The notes beneath the pieces were generated by a model. That model searched no databases and had not been told where the DNA came from. It worked only from the letters and a program-made list of their open reading frames with translations. Shown piece by piece: positions 1 through 10,481 of a DNA stretch of 64,000 bases; position 1 is the first letter of the stretch, and the number at the start of each line of letters is the position of its first letter. This DNA comes from Dethiobacteria bacterium (GTDB taxonomy: Bacteria > Bacillota > Dethiobacteria > DTU022 > UBA8154). A program made the translations under genes and the position numbers. The stretch covers positions 100,432 through 164,431 of the forward strand of contig JBMNEO010000005.1 in NCBI GenBank assembly GCA_050948825.1. Direction: 5' to 3'.

Positions 1-2
1 AA

Positions 3-416
3 TTATGCTCCCTCAGAATTAATTACAGTAACAACTACCTTTCGATTACTCCTGGGCCCATCAAACTCGCACAAAAAGATATTTTGCCAGGTGGAAAGCC
101 CAATTGCACCGTTAATTATAGGAATTGTTTCGCTTGGTCCAATAAGACCGGCTTTTAAATGGGCATCTCCATTTCCATCCTGCTGATCGTGCTGCCAAAT
201 ACCTTGGGGTATTAACTTCTTCAGAAGTGATACTACATCTTCCTGAACGCTTTCATCCCAGTTCTCCTGTATCATGATAGCTGCTGTTGCACCCTGAGCA
301 TAAATATTTACAAGCCCGGATTTAATTTTGGATTCTGATACCACATCTTTAACTTCTGAGGTAATATCATAAAGGGCTTCTCTTTTGTGTGTCTTTAATG
401 ATATGGTTTTCTGCAA
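3..416 (-). CDS. yjbQ: YjbQ/UPF0047 family protein (secondary thiamine-phosphate synthase-like)
   Basis: 137 aa ORF with the UPF0047 signature (…NIYAQGATAAIMIQEN…GDAHLKAGLIGPSETIPI…); the stop codon lies at the window edge. Confidence 0.65.
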   Translation of the reverse strand: MQKTISLKTHKREALYDITSEVKDVVSESKIKSGLVNIYAQGATAAIMIQENWDESVQEDVVSLLKKLIPQGIWQHDQQDGNGDAHLKAGLIGPSETIPIINGAIGLSTWQNIFLCEFDGPRSNRKVVVTVINSEGA

Positions 417-697
417 TAATAATCACTCTTTCTTACTCTCTTTTACCTGTGAAGATTTTCTTTACTTAATTGACATACTCCCGTGGCTTTAGCCCTGGAT
501 TTCGTGTTCAAGCAGAGACTGCCTCTTTATCTTTTATAGTATGCCTTACATCTCCTAACCCAATGATCTACCTGGAAGGATTCCCCATTTAAATAATTCG
601 TCATAATATTTGCATATTCCTTTTTAATTAAAAACTCAAGAAAATTTGCTGGAAATGTATTATGTTACTGACTATAGGTTTAGGACCGTACCCGTGA

Positions 698-739
698 TTC
701 TCTAATCCCACCATTACAGGTGGGATTAGAGAATCTGCC
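698..739. terminator. Perfect 17-bp-stem hairpin immediately 3' of the CHRD gene; possible terminator
   Basis: attctctaatcccacc-attacag-ggtgggattagagaat followed by gccgttttt on the + strand; there is no U-tract in the minus orientation. Confidence 0.3.
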
Positions 740-743
740 GTTT

Positions 744-1169
744 TTATGGCCAGTTGGTCGCTGTTCTGCTGTGGCTAATCTGACCGCGAATTTCACCACC
801 GGGATTCTGGACTGTGTGTACATTCACATAAGTGTTCCCCCGCTGCATTTCATTTAACAAAGCAGAAAAAGGTTGCCCTTCTAGTGGGCCAACCAGATTT
901 CTTTGGCTGAAGGTGTCTTGAACGATTCCCTGGCTAACGGTAATAGCAGGGTCGGCAGGGCCAAACAAAAAGACAACAATAGGCCCATTTTCCCCCCGGC
1001 GTCCCAAGTGTATATGAGCCTCAGTCATATTTGCAAGGTTATTAACAATTAAACGAAATCGCATTGACATTTGATCGTCACTAACTCTAAAAACTGTATC
1101 ACCTGAGGCACTAGTCTGTACCGGAGGCACTTCTTCCGAACCGGTAAGCGTAGCAAAAAATTGTTTCAT
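744..1169 (-). CDS. CHRD domain-containing protein
   Basis: 141 aa, no signal peptide evident, CHRD-like pattern (…FRVSDDQMSMRFRLIVNNLANMTEAHIHLG…NVHTVQNPGGEIRGQI). Confidence 0.5.
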   Translation of the reverse strand: MKQFFATLTGSEEVPPVQTSASGDTVFRVSDDQMSMRFRLIVNNLANMTEAHIHLGRRGENGPIVVFLFGPADPAITVSQGIVQDTFSQRNLVGPLEGQPFSALLNEMQRGNTYVNVHTVQNPGGEIRGQISHSRTATNWP

Positions 1170-1325
1170 TATCCTCCCCCTCCCATATTATTCTTTTACA
1201 TATTATTCAGGTTATATATGTTTAGTTAACAGTAAGTAATAAAAAAATATACTATAAAATAATTACATAATATAATTACTAGATATTGCATTTGCTAATT
1301 GATTTATTGGATTAATCCCGCGTTC

Positions 1326-1364
1326 CATAAAAAATGGTGTGCCTGTCTGTTTAAGGCACACCAT
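1326..1364 (-). terminator. Rho-independent terminator of the SLH-domain gene
   Basis: 10-bp perfect stem atggtgtgcc/ggcacaccat with an 11-nt loop; the A6 run on + gives a U6 tail on the minus transcript, about 50 nt after the stop at 1418. Confidence 0.6.
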
Positions 1365-1417
1365 AATAGTAAAATCTATACCTATTCTTCGATTTCTTCT
1401 GTTAGTTGATCCTGTAA

Positions 1418-2710
1418 TTATTCTTCAGGCAGTTGTTCTTGCTCGGGCAGTTGCTCTTGTAAAAGTCCTTGATCCGGGAGTAACTCCGAAAAGTCCATTA
1501 AAGAAGCGTTCTCTGCCTCTTCCGGAAGTTCGATAACAATATCTTCGTTGTAGCTGAGCTCTTCTACTTTTATATTCATCTGAAATGCTTCCAGAGGAAT
1601 AGGTTCACCCGCAAATTCTTCTGCCATAGTGATAATCAAAAACATATCCGCACTCTTAGTAAGATAATCGTCAGCGTCTATGTATTCAATGCACCAAAAA
1701 GACAAAGAATCGATTATTGCCATACCTTGCCCTAAAAGCTCTAGCAGCTGCTTGTTACTGCCCAACTGCCCTGCCATCGCTTCTAAAAACGCATCAAAAT
1801 CATCTACACGCCCATAGGTTGCTAATTTATAGAACTCTTCTCCATTAATCTCTGAAGTACCGAGCAACTGGCAATACAGATAATCTTCCATACCTTCAGG
1901 TATTGCTGTACTGGCCCCTTCCAAGTTCATCATCTGCTCAAGGTCAGGGAATAGCTCCTCGGGATAGAGAACCCACTTCGTCTCCCCTGCTTCACCTAAA
2001 GGCAACTGCTGGTAGATTTTCCCGTCCAGAAGGTACATTTCAGAAGATATTTCCTGTTCCCCCGCACCGGGAATATCCATGATTATTGTTGTTAATTGAT
2101 GCATGCTGGCCGGTAAAACCATCTCCTGAACAGCTTTCATTTGAAAACTCATCTGCGGTATTTCTTCCGTTTTTTCAGCTCCGGGTCGCGGAATTATGTT
2201 CATATTGCCGCTGATAACGGAACGCAACGAACTGATACCCTTTGCTGCTTCCTTTGACTTCTCCAGCAACGATGTTGCCTCCGGACTGCTGGTAAAAACC
2301 TTTTCCAGAATAGCGCTTCCCTCTTCTTTAGTTAGAATATCTTTCGGGTTGCCGTCGGTTAACCCGAAATATTCTAGCCAGGAATAGAAGGTGTAACCCC
2401 AGTGGTTTTCGAGCGAAACATCTCCCTCCACCGGAGGAGCAATGGCCTCGGCCATGCCAAGAGTTTTCGCTATCAGGGCGGTTGCTTCCATACGGGTAAT
2501 ATTCCGGTCCAAATAAAGCTTTCCATCAGGATAACCCTTCATTATCCCTTTTTGCACCAGCAAATCGGCTGGAGGTAAATTTGATTCCATATTGCCGGCT
2601 TCAACCAGCATGGAGGCAAATTCCCCTCTTGAGAGCGCTTCCTGGCCTTGCACCGGGGCTGCAATCAACAGCATCAGCGCCAGAACCAGCAGTAATGCAA
2701 TTCTTTTCAT
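1418..2710 (-). CDS. S-layer homology (SLH) domain surface protein with a C-terminal LPEQEQ repeat
   Basis: Start at MKRIALLLVLALMLLIAAPVQG (signal peptide) with GGGGAG 9 nt upstream; N-terminal SLH motif (…SRGEFASMLVEA…GIMKGYPDGKLYLDRNITRMEATALIAKTLG); the ORF track's longer N-terminus is probably an over-extension. Confidence 0.6.
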   Translation of the reverse strand: MKRIALLLVLALMLLIAAPVQGQEALSRGEFASMLVEAGNMESNLPPADLLVQKGIMKGYPDGKLYLDRNITRMEATALIAKTLGMAEAIAPPVEGDVSLENHWGYTFYSWLEYFGLTDGNPKDILTKEEGSAILEKVFTSSPEATSLLEKSKEAAKGISSLRSVISGNMNIIPRPGAEKTEEIPQMSFQMKAVQEMVLPASMHQLTTIIMDIPGAGEQEISSEMYLLDGKIYQQLPLGEAGETKWVLYPEELFPDLEQMMNLEGASTAIPEGMEDYLYCQLLGTSEINGEEFYKLATYGRVDDFDAFLEAMAGQLGSNKQLLELLGQGMAIIDSLSFWCIEYIDADDYLTKSADMFLIITMAEEFAGEPIPLEAFQMNIKVEELSYNEDIVIELPEEAENASLMDFSELLPDQGLLQEQLPEQEQLPEE

Positions 2711-2907
2711 TCTTACTATCTCCCCTTTCATTTTTTTTAAAATCTTTTCAGTTCCAAATATGGAAGAATACTCCCCTAGCATTTTATTATATCATATAAT
2801 TTGGATTTAGGGTTGTAAGCCGCCAAAGCAATTTTTACCAACAATTCTCCTCACTTTAAGACACCAATAAATACGGAGCTTGTCTGTGGCGGATATGCAA
2901 GCTTCTG

Positions 2908-3288
2908 CTATTCATCTTCACCAAGCAGGTCTTCTCTTAAAACAACTGCTCCCCTCAGGTAGACATGTTTTATTTCTTGCGCTGTTTTTTTTGTATTTAC
3001 CAGCATCAGTACACGGATACAGCGCAGAAGTGAGCCCGGAACGCTGATTTCATTGGTGCAAAATAAGGGCACGTATTTCCAACCCAGTTCCCGTGCGGCT
3101 TTTGCGGGAAAAGCAGCATCCAGGTCTGCCGTCATGGAAAAAAATACAGCAGCAATTTGATCCTTATCAAGAGAATTTCTGCGCATGATTTCCTGCAGTA
3201 GTTCTCTCGTAGCTTCCAATATTTCTTCGCTTTTATTGGCGGGAACATCAATAGCGCCCCTGATGCCCCTGACATTCTGATCAGGCAA
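2908..3288 (-). CDS. aroH: Chorismate mutase, AroH type (monofunctional)
   Basis: 126 aa, MPDQNVRGIRGAIDV… is typical of the AroH class; it is the last gene of the aro operon. Confidence 0.75.
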   Translation of the reverse strand: MPDQNVRGIRGAIDVPANKSEEILEATRELLQEIMRRNSLDKDQIAAVFFSMTADLDAAFPAKAARELGWKYVPLFCTNEISVPGSLLRCIRVLMLVNTKKTAQEIKHVYLRGAVVLREDLLGEDE

Positions 3289-3422
3289 TTTAATTCCTCT
3301 CCTTTAAAATTTACCTTTGCCCTGGAAACCTTTTCTAAGAACTGGAGAAAAAATTGAAGAGCAAACATCGGCAAATTTTGCCATAGTTGCCTTTACAGAC
3401 TGTACGATCATTGAAACAGTTC

Positions 3423-3875
3423 CTATCTGCTAATAGATATGTTGCATAAAGCCTGTAAGGCCAGCAAATAGCTTTGCGGGCCGAAGCCGCTTATCTGCCC
3501 CCGCACTACCGGGGCTATAACGGAGCGGTGGCGAAACTCTTCCCGGGAATAAATATTGGAAAGGTGCACTTCCACCGCAGGCAGGTCAATCCCTGCCAGC
3601 CCGTCGCGCAATGCAATGCTGTAATGTGTATAGGCGCCGGGGTTAATAATTATTCCATCATACTTTTCAGGCGCGCGGTGAATATAGTCCAGCAGCGCAC
3701 CTTCGCTGTTGGATTGATAGCATTCCACCTTTACCGAGAGCCTTTCCGCTTCTTTGTGGAGCAGATTATTTATGTCTTCCAGTGTCATGCTGCCGTAAAT
3801 TCCCACTTCCCTTCTGCCCAGCAGGTTAAGGTTGGGACCGTGAAGCACTAAAAAGATCTTTTTTCTAACAACCAT
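3423..3875 (-). CDS. aroQ: 3-dehydroquinate dehydratase, type II
   Basis: 150 aa; [17 protein letters not shown]…HLSN motifs. Confidence 0.85.
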   Translation of the reverse strand: MVVRKKIFLVLHGPNLNLLGRREVGIYGSMTLEDINNLLHKEAERLSVKVECYQSNSEGALLDYIHRAPEKYDGIIINPGAYTHYSIALRDGLAGIDLPAVEVHLSNIYSREEFRHRSVIAPVVRGQISGFGPQSYLLALQALCNISISR

Positions 3876-3992
3876 AGAAAAACCCCTTTGTAAATGATTG
3901 TTCGTTTCTTATCCGACAAGGATCCCGCCGGAATACATGAATATTCTCACGGGCGGTACTTTAAGCCAAGCAAGGCTCATGCCGGGCAGGCC

Positions 3993-4520
3993 TTACTGCC
4001 CTGCGCGGAGCACAACATTGCCGAATATCTCCCGGGCTATCTCCTCAACGGTTTTTCCGGAAGAATCAACTTCCAGATCCGCCTGCCGGTAGAAAGGCCT
4101 CCTTTCCTGCAGCAGTTCCCGGATTACTTTACAGGGATCAGCCACCCTTAGAAGCGGCCGGTTTTTTTTATATTTTATCCTGCGATAGGCCTCCTCTGCC
4201 GATACATCAAGGTAAACAACAAGGCCGTTTTTTCTCATTGCAGCGATATTTTCTTCCCTTAGAACCGCCCCGCCTCCGGTGGAGACCACGCAGGTTCCCG
4301 GCGGTTTGTTTCCCAGGATTCTTAAGGCTTCCGTTTCCCTGTTGCGGAAAAACTCTTCGCCGTAGCGCTTGAAGATTTCATTCACGCTCATTTTCTGGTC
4401 CCGGATTATCAATCCATCCGTATCAAAAAAATCTAACTTTAATAAATCAGCCAGCAGTATACCCACGCTGGTTTTTCCTGAGCCCATAAACCCTGTCAGA
4501 AAGATATTCTTTTTCAGCAT
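3993..4520 (-). CDS. aroK: Shikimate kinase
   Basis: Walker A NIFLTGFMGSGKTSVG; the start is probably the internal MLKKNIFL (the track ORF is extended to 4577). Confidence 0.85.
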   Translation of the reverse strand: MLKKNIFLTGFMGSGKTSVGILLADLLKLDFFDTDGLIIRDQKMSVNEIFKRYGEEFFRNRETEALRILGNKPPGTCVVSTGGGAVLREENIAAMRKNGLVVYLDVSAEEAYRRIKYKKNRPLLRVADPCKVIRELLQERRPFYRQADLEVDSSGKTVEEIAREIFGNVVLRAGQ

Positions 4521-4619
4521 GGGCTTAGCTGAAGAAAATTCAATCCCCGCAGTTTTATCCGGATTAGAGTAAAGCATTTTTAGCCTCGCAAGCTTTTATA
4601 GTAATTTCTTAAGGTATCT

Positions 4620-5519
4620 CTATTTCTGAAGATATTTCTTTCGGTTGTTTCTCAACACATCCTGCATGACTTCCAAAGGCGCCTCTGCCCCGGTAATAAT
4701 TTCGAAAGCTTTTACTCCCTGTCCAAGGAGCATCCCCAGGCCGTCGATGTACGGAATACCTTCCGCCTTCGCCCACTTTTCAAAAGGTGTTTGCCTTTGC
4801 CCATAGCGCAGGTCTATCGCTGCAGAGCAACCCGGCAGGTTATCTGGGAGTAACAAACCCAGTTCAACAGGATCTTCGCTTAAGGCATTGATAATCCAGG
4901 TGATGCCTGAAATACTGCCCCTGCACAACTGCTTAAGACTAATAATATTGACCTGTTTTGCGTTGAAATAACCTCCCCGGGTTAGCAGTGTAGCCAGCAT
5001 TTCAGCTTTACCGGCGGTTCGATTGGCGATAAGCAGCGCTTTCACTTTAATCCTGCCCAGGGCAAGCGCAACAGCCTTTGCGGCGCCCCCCGCCCCCAGC
5101 AATAGAACTCTTGCTGTTGTAAAAGAATCTCTGAAATTATTCTGCAGCAGGCAGAGGAAACCGTCAACATCGGTATTATAGCCTGTTAGTTTTCCTTCCC
5201 TGTTTACAATGGTATTTACTGCCCTTAAAAATGTCACTTCCGAGGAAAGTTCATGCAGAAAAGGAACCGCAGCTTCCTTATGCGGGGCAGTTATATTGAC
5301 ACCCTGCATGTTCAGAGAGATTATGGCCTTCATTGCCGCCGGGAGATCGTTTTTGCGCACAAGAAAAGGCAGGTAACAGTAGTTTAAACCTCTAGCCCTG
5401 AAGGCGGCATTATGCATTGCAGGGGAGAGCGAATGTTTTACCGGATCCCCGTAAATACCCACTATTTTAGTGTTTCCGTTAATGGCTCCCGGCTCAGCTG
5501 TTTCATCGTAAGGAAACAT
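4620..5519 (-). CDS. aroE: Shikimate dehydrogenase
   Basis: 299 aa; GDPVKHSLSPAMHNAAF, NTD, GAGGAAKAV Rossmann. Confidence 0.85.
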   Translation of the reverse strand: MFPYDETAEPGAINGNTKIVGIYGDPVKHSLSPAMHNAAFRARGLNYCYLPFLVRKNDLPAAMKAIISLNMQGVNITAPHKEAAVPFLHELSSEVTFLRAVNTIVNREGKLTGYNTDVDGFLCLLQNNFRDSFTTARVLLLGAGGAAKAVALALGRIKVKALLIANRTAGKAEMLATLLTRGGYFNAKQVNIISLKQLCRGSISGITWIINALSEDPVELGLLLPDNLPGCSAAIDLRYGQRQTPFEKWAKAEGIPYIDGLGMLLGQGVKAFEIITGAEAPLEVMQDVLRNNRKKYLQK

Positions 5520-5542
5520 TTTCTCACCGTTCCTTCGCGTTG

Positions 5543-6688
5543 TTATAATAGCCCCCCGTCCAGGTATTCTTCGATAACCCTTTCTATCAGGAGTGCGGGA
5601 GGGGCCTTAAAGGCCGTTGTTTGACCGAGTGCCGTAGGAAGGATGAAAACCAGCTCTTCTCCTTCTTTTTTCTTGTCATAAAATAAGGCTTTTGTAACAA
5701 CATCGGGGTTTAACCCTCCCGGTGGGGGATGAACATGCAGCCGCTTGAGCAGGGCAATAATCCTTTGTTCAAAAGGCGGATCCAGGATACCCAGCAGTAC
5801 TGCCAGCCTGGCAGCCATGGCCATTCCGCAGGCTACAGCTTCTCCGTGCAGATAATAATTAAAATTGGTTACCGCTTCCAGAGCATGCCCGAAAGTATGC
5901 CCGAAGTTTAAAATACGGCGCAAATCTTTTTCTCTTTCGTCCTGACTGACTATTTCCCCTTTAATAATAACAGCGCGGATAATATACTTTAACAGCCGGG
6001 AGCTGTTCATCTCCAGCAGGTACTTTTTTGGGGAAGTATCTTTGGCGGCAAAGAGCAATAGCTCAAACTTTTCAAAAAGCGTTTTGTCCCGGATGATCCC
6101 GTATTTTATCAGCTCCGCCAGCCCGGCGTTAAATTCGCGCTCGGGCAAAGTATTAAGTGTGCTTTCATCAGCTACTACCAGCGTGGGCTGGTAAAAAACC
6201 CCGATCAGGTTTTTCCCCAGAGGGTGGTTTACGGCAACCTTGCCCCCCACGCTGCTATCGACCATCGCCAGCAGCGTTGTTGGCAGCTGGACGTAAGGAA
6301 TACCCCTTAGATAAGTGGCGGCCACAAAACCCGCGAGGTCTCCAATTACACCCCCGCCGAGAGCGATTATTATCGCAGACCTGTCCATCCCCGCTTCCAG
6401 GGCAGAAGAATAAAGGGCTGAAGCAGACGCTAAAGATTTTTCCTTTTCTCCACCGTCCAGCACTTCCAGGAAAGGCTTGAAACCCCTCTTCCTTAAACTC
6501 TCCAGGCATCTTTCCCCGTAATGTGCAGCAACGTTTTTGTCGCTTATCACCAGGGCGGTGCAGGCGGGTAAATAGCTGGAGATTATCCTGCCGGCATTAT
6601 CCAGCGCTTTTCCGCCCTGGCCAAGATAAACGGGATAGGTTTTCTGTCTCGTCCTTATTTTTACTTTATACAATTTCTTTTCACCCAA
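5543..6688 (-). CDS. aroB: 3-dehydroquinate synthase
   Basis: 381 aa; GGGVIGDLAGFVAATYLRGIPYVQLPTTLLAMVDSSVGGKVAVN. Confidence 0.85.
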   Translation of the reverse strand: MGEKKLYKVKIRTRQKTYPVYLGQGGKALDNAGRIISSYLPACTALVISDKNVAAHYGERCLESLRKRGFKPFLEVLDGGEKEKSLASASALYSSALEAGMDRSAIIIALGGGVIGDLAGFVAATYLRGIPYVQLPTTLLAMVDSSVGGKVAVNHPLGKNLIGVFYQPTLVVADESTLNTLPEREFNAGLAELIKYGIIRDKTLFEKFELLLFAAKDTSPKKYLLEMNSSRLLKYIIRAVIIKGEIVSQDEREKDLRRILNFGHTFGHALEAVTNFNYYLHGEAVACGMAMAARLAVLLGILDPPFEQRIIALLKRLHVHPPPGGLNPDVVTKALFYDKKKEGEELVFILPTALGQTTAFKAPPALLIERVIEEYLDGGLL

Positions 6689-6711
6689 AACAAGAAATTA
6701 TTGCTGCAGCG

Positions 6712-7896
6712 CTAGATCCTCATTTTATTCTCAAAGTAACGCTGAACAAGCCCCGTATAATTATGATAGGCCTGCTCTAATTCTATCATTGTATCACCGG
6801 AGAATTTTTCCAGGAAGGCCCTGGCTATTTCCCAGGCGGTAACAGCTTCCCCCACTACTGAGGCTGCGGCAATTGCACAAATATCGGAACGCTCCACAGC
6901 GGCATTTCTTTGTTCGCCCGTAGACAGATCTATACTGGGCAAAGCCTTTTTCAGGGTCGGAATGGGTTTCATGGCAGCCCTTAAAATGAGGGGTTCGCCG
7001 TTGGTTATCCCCCCCTCAAGCCCCCCGGCATGATTGGCCGACCTCGAGATCTTCTTCTGCTCATCCCATAAAATAGTATCGTGTATCAACGAACCGCTAC
7101 TTTCGGCAGCGCGAAAACCAAGCCCTATCTCAACGCCTTTGATACCGGGGATACTCATTAATGCTCCGGCCAGACGCCCATCCAGGCGCCTGTCCCAGTG
7201 AACGTGACTGCCCAGGCCTGGAGGGATGCCGTCCACCACAATCTCAAAAACTCCTCCTAAAGTGTCCCCCGATTCCCTTGCGCGGTCAATCTTTTTCAGC
7301 ATTAGTTTTTCTGCTTCCGCATCAGTACAGTTGAGAAGGGAGTCCGCCGTTTTTTCTTTGATATCCTTTGCTTTTAACTCACGGTCAATTGTGGAAATTG
7401 TAATATCACCCACGGCGACGATATATCCGGCGCTTTCAATGTGAAAATGCTTCAGCAATAGGGAAGCAACACTGCCGACAGCCACGCGCATAGCCGTTTC
7501 CCTGGCACTGGCACGCTCAAGAACATCGCGCAGATCACTGCGCAAGTATTTAATCCCGCCGGCCAGATCAGCGTGTCCCGGGCGCGGGCTGCTGATTCTT
7601 TTTTCGGATGTCTCGTCCTGCGGTTTTACTGACATTACTTTCTGCCAGTTTGCCCAATCTTTATTCTCAATTTCCAGGGCCAGGGGCGCGCCCGTTGTTT
7701 TCCCAAAACGCACACCGGATAAAACTTTAAGGCGGTCTTTTTCTATGGCCATGCGCCCTCCCCTGCCATACCCCCCCTGGCGCCTGGAGAGCTGCAGGTT
7801 GATATAATCTTCTTTAATTTCCAGACCCGCCGGCAGCCCCTCAATAATACCCACCAGCGCCGGACCGTGCGATTCACCTGCGGATAAATATCGCAT
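6712..7896 (-). CDS. aroC: Chorismate synthase
   Basis: 394 aa; MRYLSAGESHGPALVGIIEGLPAG…. Confidence 0.9.
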   Translation of the reverse strand: MRYLSAGESHGPALVGIIEGLPAGLEIKEDYINLQLSRRQGGYGRGGRMAIEKDRLKVLSGVRFGKTTGAPLALEIENKDWANWQKVMSVKPQDETSEKRISSPRPGHADLAGGIKYLRSDLRDVLERASARETAMRVAVGSVASLLLKHFHIESAGYIVAVGDITISTIDRELKAKDIKEKTADSLLNCTDAEAEKLMLKKIDRARESGDTLGGVFEIVVDGIPPGLGSHVHWDRRLDGRLAGALMSIPGIKGVEIGLGFRAAESSGSLIHDTILWDEQKKISRSANHAGGLEGGITNGEPLILRAAMKPIPTLKKALPSIDLSTGEQRNAAVERSDICAIAAASVVGEAVTAWEIARAFLEKFSGDTMIELEQAYHNYTGLVQRYFENKMRI

Positions 7897-8050
7897 CTTT
7901 ATGATGGCAGTGTAACAATGGGGTTAGGTTTGAAGCAATCCCTTATTCACTTACTTAACATTCTTACCTTGCCCGCTTCAAGATCATTAAGTGAATATTA
8001 CAAGCCGGACCCCGGCCTCTGCCTTTCCTCCTTTTTTATAACACATTATA

Positions 8051-8950
8051 TCAATAAAAGGAGCGTCTCCACAATCTCCCTTCTGAAAGCTTCTTTACAA
8101 CATCTTTTTCATTTTCTTTTTGAATATGTTTGCATAGTATATTAAACTCCTCTAAAAAAAGATTAAGAGCATCACCTAAATTATGTTTATTTGTGGAAAA
8201 GATATCGGACCACATAGACGGTTCGCCCATGGCAATACGTGTCGTATCTTTAAAGCCGTTTCCGGCAAAGGCAAGGAGCTGCTCCTGCCGATAGCCGCTA
8301 TTTTTTAATGTATTGACAAGGGTCACCGCAACCAGATGCGGAAGATGGCTGATCAGCGCCGCCAGTTTGTCATGTTCCTCCGGATCTAAGACGAAAGGGA
8401 GCGCTCCGATTATGCGGATAGCCTTCTGCAGCTTATCCAACGCCTCCTGGGTTGTCCTCCGCGTGGGAGTTAACAGATAAGCAGTATTTTTTAGCAGGGC
8501 AGCATCTGCCGACGCAATACCGGATTTTTCCGAACCGGACATGGGATGGCCGCCGATAGCTGTTACTTCTGGAGGCAGGATCTCTTCCATAGCCATGACA
8601 ATCTTTTTTTTGGTGCTCCCTACGTCAGTAACCAGGGCTCCTTTTTGAAGCAGCGGAGCTATTTCCTTCAGGATTTTCAATGACTGCCGGACGGGCGCAG
8701 AGAGAATAACCAGCTCTGCATCCCGCAAAGCCTGCTGCAGACCGGAAGCGTTCAAGCCGGCTGCGTTATCTACAGCACCCCTTTTCACAGCCTTTTCCAT
8801 AGCCAGTGCATCAACGTCGTATCCCCAGCGTTCCCCTACCATATGGTATTTCCCCAGAGCCAGCCCCAAAGACCCTCCGATGAGACCCAGCCCCAGGATA
8901 CAGCATTTTTCAAACAACGGCTTACAAGGTCCGGCCAACGCTCTGTGCAA
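8051..8950 (-). CDS. tyrA: Prephenate dehydrogenase
   Basis: NAD-binding ILGLGLIGGSLGLAL; TTG start, and the 5' end overlaps the aroF stop by about 29 nt (exact start uncertain). Confidence 0.75.
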   Translation of the reverse strand: MHRALAGPCKPLFEKCCILGLGLIGGSLGLALGKYHMVGERWGYDVDALAMEKAVKRGAVDNAAGLNASGLQQALRDAELVILSAPVRQSLKILKEIAPLLQKGALVTDVGSTKKKIVMAMEEILPPEVTAIGGHPMSGSEKSGIASADAALLKNTAYLLTPTRRTTQEALDKLQKAIRIIGALPFVLDPEEHDKLAALISHLPHLVAVTLVNTLKNSGYRQEQLLAFAGNGFKDTTRIAMGEPSMWSDIFSTNKHNLGDALNLFLEEFNILCKHIQKENEKDVVKKLSEGRLWRRSFY

Positions 8951-9932
8951 CTCCTCTCAGCGGTTCCAGCATCTGCAAAAATTTTTGTGGAATCAGTGAC
9001 TGGGAACCATCGCAAAGGGCCTCTTCGGGAAAGGGGTGCACCTCTACCAGTAGCCCATCAGCTCCGGCAGCAATCGCAGCCAGGCTCATGGATGGAACCC
9101 ACTTCCATTTCCCCGTTCCATGACTGGGATCAACAAATACAGGCAAGTGGCTCAGTTCTTTTGCTATGGGCACGGCGCTGATATCAAGGGTGTTGCGGGT
9201 ATATGTTTCAAATGTACGTATCCCTCTTTCACAGAGAATAACGCGTTCATTCCCGCTTGAGAGAAGATACTCAGCTGCCATTAACCATTCTTCAATTGTG
9301 GCCGACATTCCTCTTTTAAGCAGGACAGGTTTTTTCAGCTGTCCCAATTCTTTCAGCAGCTTAAAATTTTGCATGTTGCGTGCACCCACCTGGATGATGT
9401 CAGCGCACTCGGCAACGATATCTATCGCGTGCTGATCCAGCACTTCCGTGATCAAGGGAAGCCCTGTTGACTTCCTGGCTTCGACCATTATTTTTAAACC
9501 CTCTTCTTCAAGGCCCTGAAAACTGTAAGGGGATGAGCGGGGCTTATATGCCCCTCCTCTTAAAATATCCGCTCCTGCATTTTTAACTGCTTCAGCCGCT
9601 TGAAGATAAGATTCCCCCTCCACTGCGCACGGGCCGGCTATGAGGACAATTTTTTCACCGCCAATTTCTACATCTCCAACCCTGAAAACGGTCTTTTCCC
9701 TTTTAAACTCCCGGCTGACAAGCATATATGGAGGTGAGACAAGTGCCACTTTTTCTACAGCGGGGAGCCTCTCCAATAACTCTTTAAAGTCTTCCCTGGG
9801 TAAACCTATGGCCCCTAAGATAGTGCGTTTTTCTCCGGTGGAACGGTGAACGCTGTATCCAAGTTCTACTATTTTTTCTTCTACCTCCAGGATGTCTTCT
9901 TCGACGGCGCCTAAATTCATAACAACAATCAT
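8922..9932 (-). CDS. aroF: 3-deoxy-7-phosphoheptulonate (DAHP) synthase, class I-beta with an N-terminal regulatory (FL/ACT-like) domain
   Basis: 336 aa; …IAGPCAVEGE…GADILRGGAYKPRSSPYSFQGL…; first gene of the minus-strand aro operon. Confidence 0.85.
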   Translation of the reverse strand: MIVVMNLGAVEEDILEVEEKIVELGYSVHRSTGEKRTILGAIGLPREDFKELLERLPAVEKVALVSPPYMLVSREFKREKTVFRVGDVEIGGEKIVLIAGPCAVEGESYLQAAEAVKNAGADILRGGAYKPRSSPYSFQGLEEEGLKIMVEARKSTGLPLITEVLDQHAIDIVAECADIIQVGARNMQNFKLLKELGQLKKPVLLKRGMSATIEEWLMAAEYLLSSGNERVILCERGIRTFETYTRNTLDISAVPIAKELSHLPVFVDPSHGTGKWKWVPSMSLAAIAAGADGLLVEVHPFPEEALCDGSQSLIPQKFLQMLEPLRGVAQSVGRTL

Positions 9933-10030
9933 TGAGCATCTTCCCCTTTTCCGTTTATTCTTTTATCATTGCAACATAAGTAGCTTAACAAAAACCTTCA
10001 AAGCAAATAGCAAAACCATTTTTTCATTGC

Positions 10031-10345
10031 AAAATAAAAACTTCCGCCCCATAGGGACGGAAGTATAACTTCACGCGGTACCACCCTGGTTAGGCTAGAA
10101 TAGAAGCCTCCCTCTTAAAGGGTACGGACCGTAACAATCCCGGCCTTATACCCCCTCCCTTTTAACGGCGGGAGTTTCCGTCAAAGCCTACTCACCGGAA
10201 TGAATAGCCACTGGCTGGTTTTCGGTTTGCTTTTCAGGGGTGTATTTGGGCAACTTACGACACCGGGTCACACCTTCCCCCGGCTCTCTGCAGTCGATCG
10301 GAATGCCTACTTATCCCCGTCATCAGTTTTTTCGTTTTACTTATG
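10031..10345 (-). promoter_or_regulatory. T-box riboswitch leader (Tyr specifier UAC) preceding aroF-tyrA-aroCBEKQH
   Basis: Minus-strand reading shows, in order: a putative Stem I with an S-turn (AGUA) and AGAGAG; a specifier loop CAAAUACA (UAC at + coords 10242-10244); the T-box sequence AACCAGGGTGGTACCGCG (revcomp of 10074-10091); and a terminator hairpin cttccgtccctatggggcggaag with a U-tract (10036-10063). Confidence 0.6.
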
Positions 10346-10354
10346 TTGTCCACC

Positions 10355-10384
10355 ATTCTATACATTATCAGTTTTATTGTCAAG
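10355..10384 (-). promoter_or_regulatory. Sigma-A-type promoter of the Tyr T-box/aro operon
   Basis: Minus strand: TTGACA, 17 nt, TAGAAT. Confidence 0.45.
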
Positions 10385-10444
10385 GAGTATTTAGAGAATT
10401 TTTTTCGGGGAAACTTATAAAACATAAAACTACAAAAATTATTG

Positions 10445-10474
10445 TTGACACCGGCTGGTTACTTATGCTAAGAT
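10445..10474 (+). promoter_or_regulatory. Sigma-A-type promoter of the divergent T-box/aroF2-pheA operon
   Basis: TTGACA, 18 nt, TAAGAT with a TGc extended -10. Confidence 0.45.
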
Positions 10475-10481
10475 ATGAAAA

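Noticed and set aside
1339-1536. Short plus-strand ORFs antisense to annotated genes (e.g. 1339-1536, 2196-2387, 3474-3851, 13386-13727, 23192-23536 and many others in the track)
   Set aside because: They lie inside well-supported minus-strand genes and have no RBS or family resemblance, so they are typical antisense artefacts.
8922-8950. 29-nt aroF/tyrA overlap as a frameshift
   Set aside because: Both frames are intact. The overlap merely reflects an uncertain TTG start for tyrA; a later TTG (LFEKCCILG…) would remove it.
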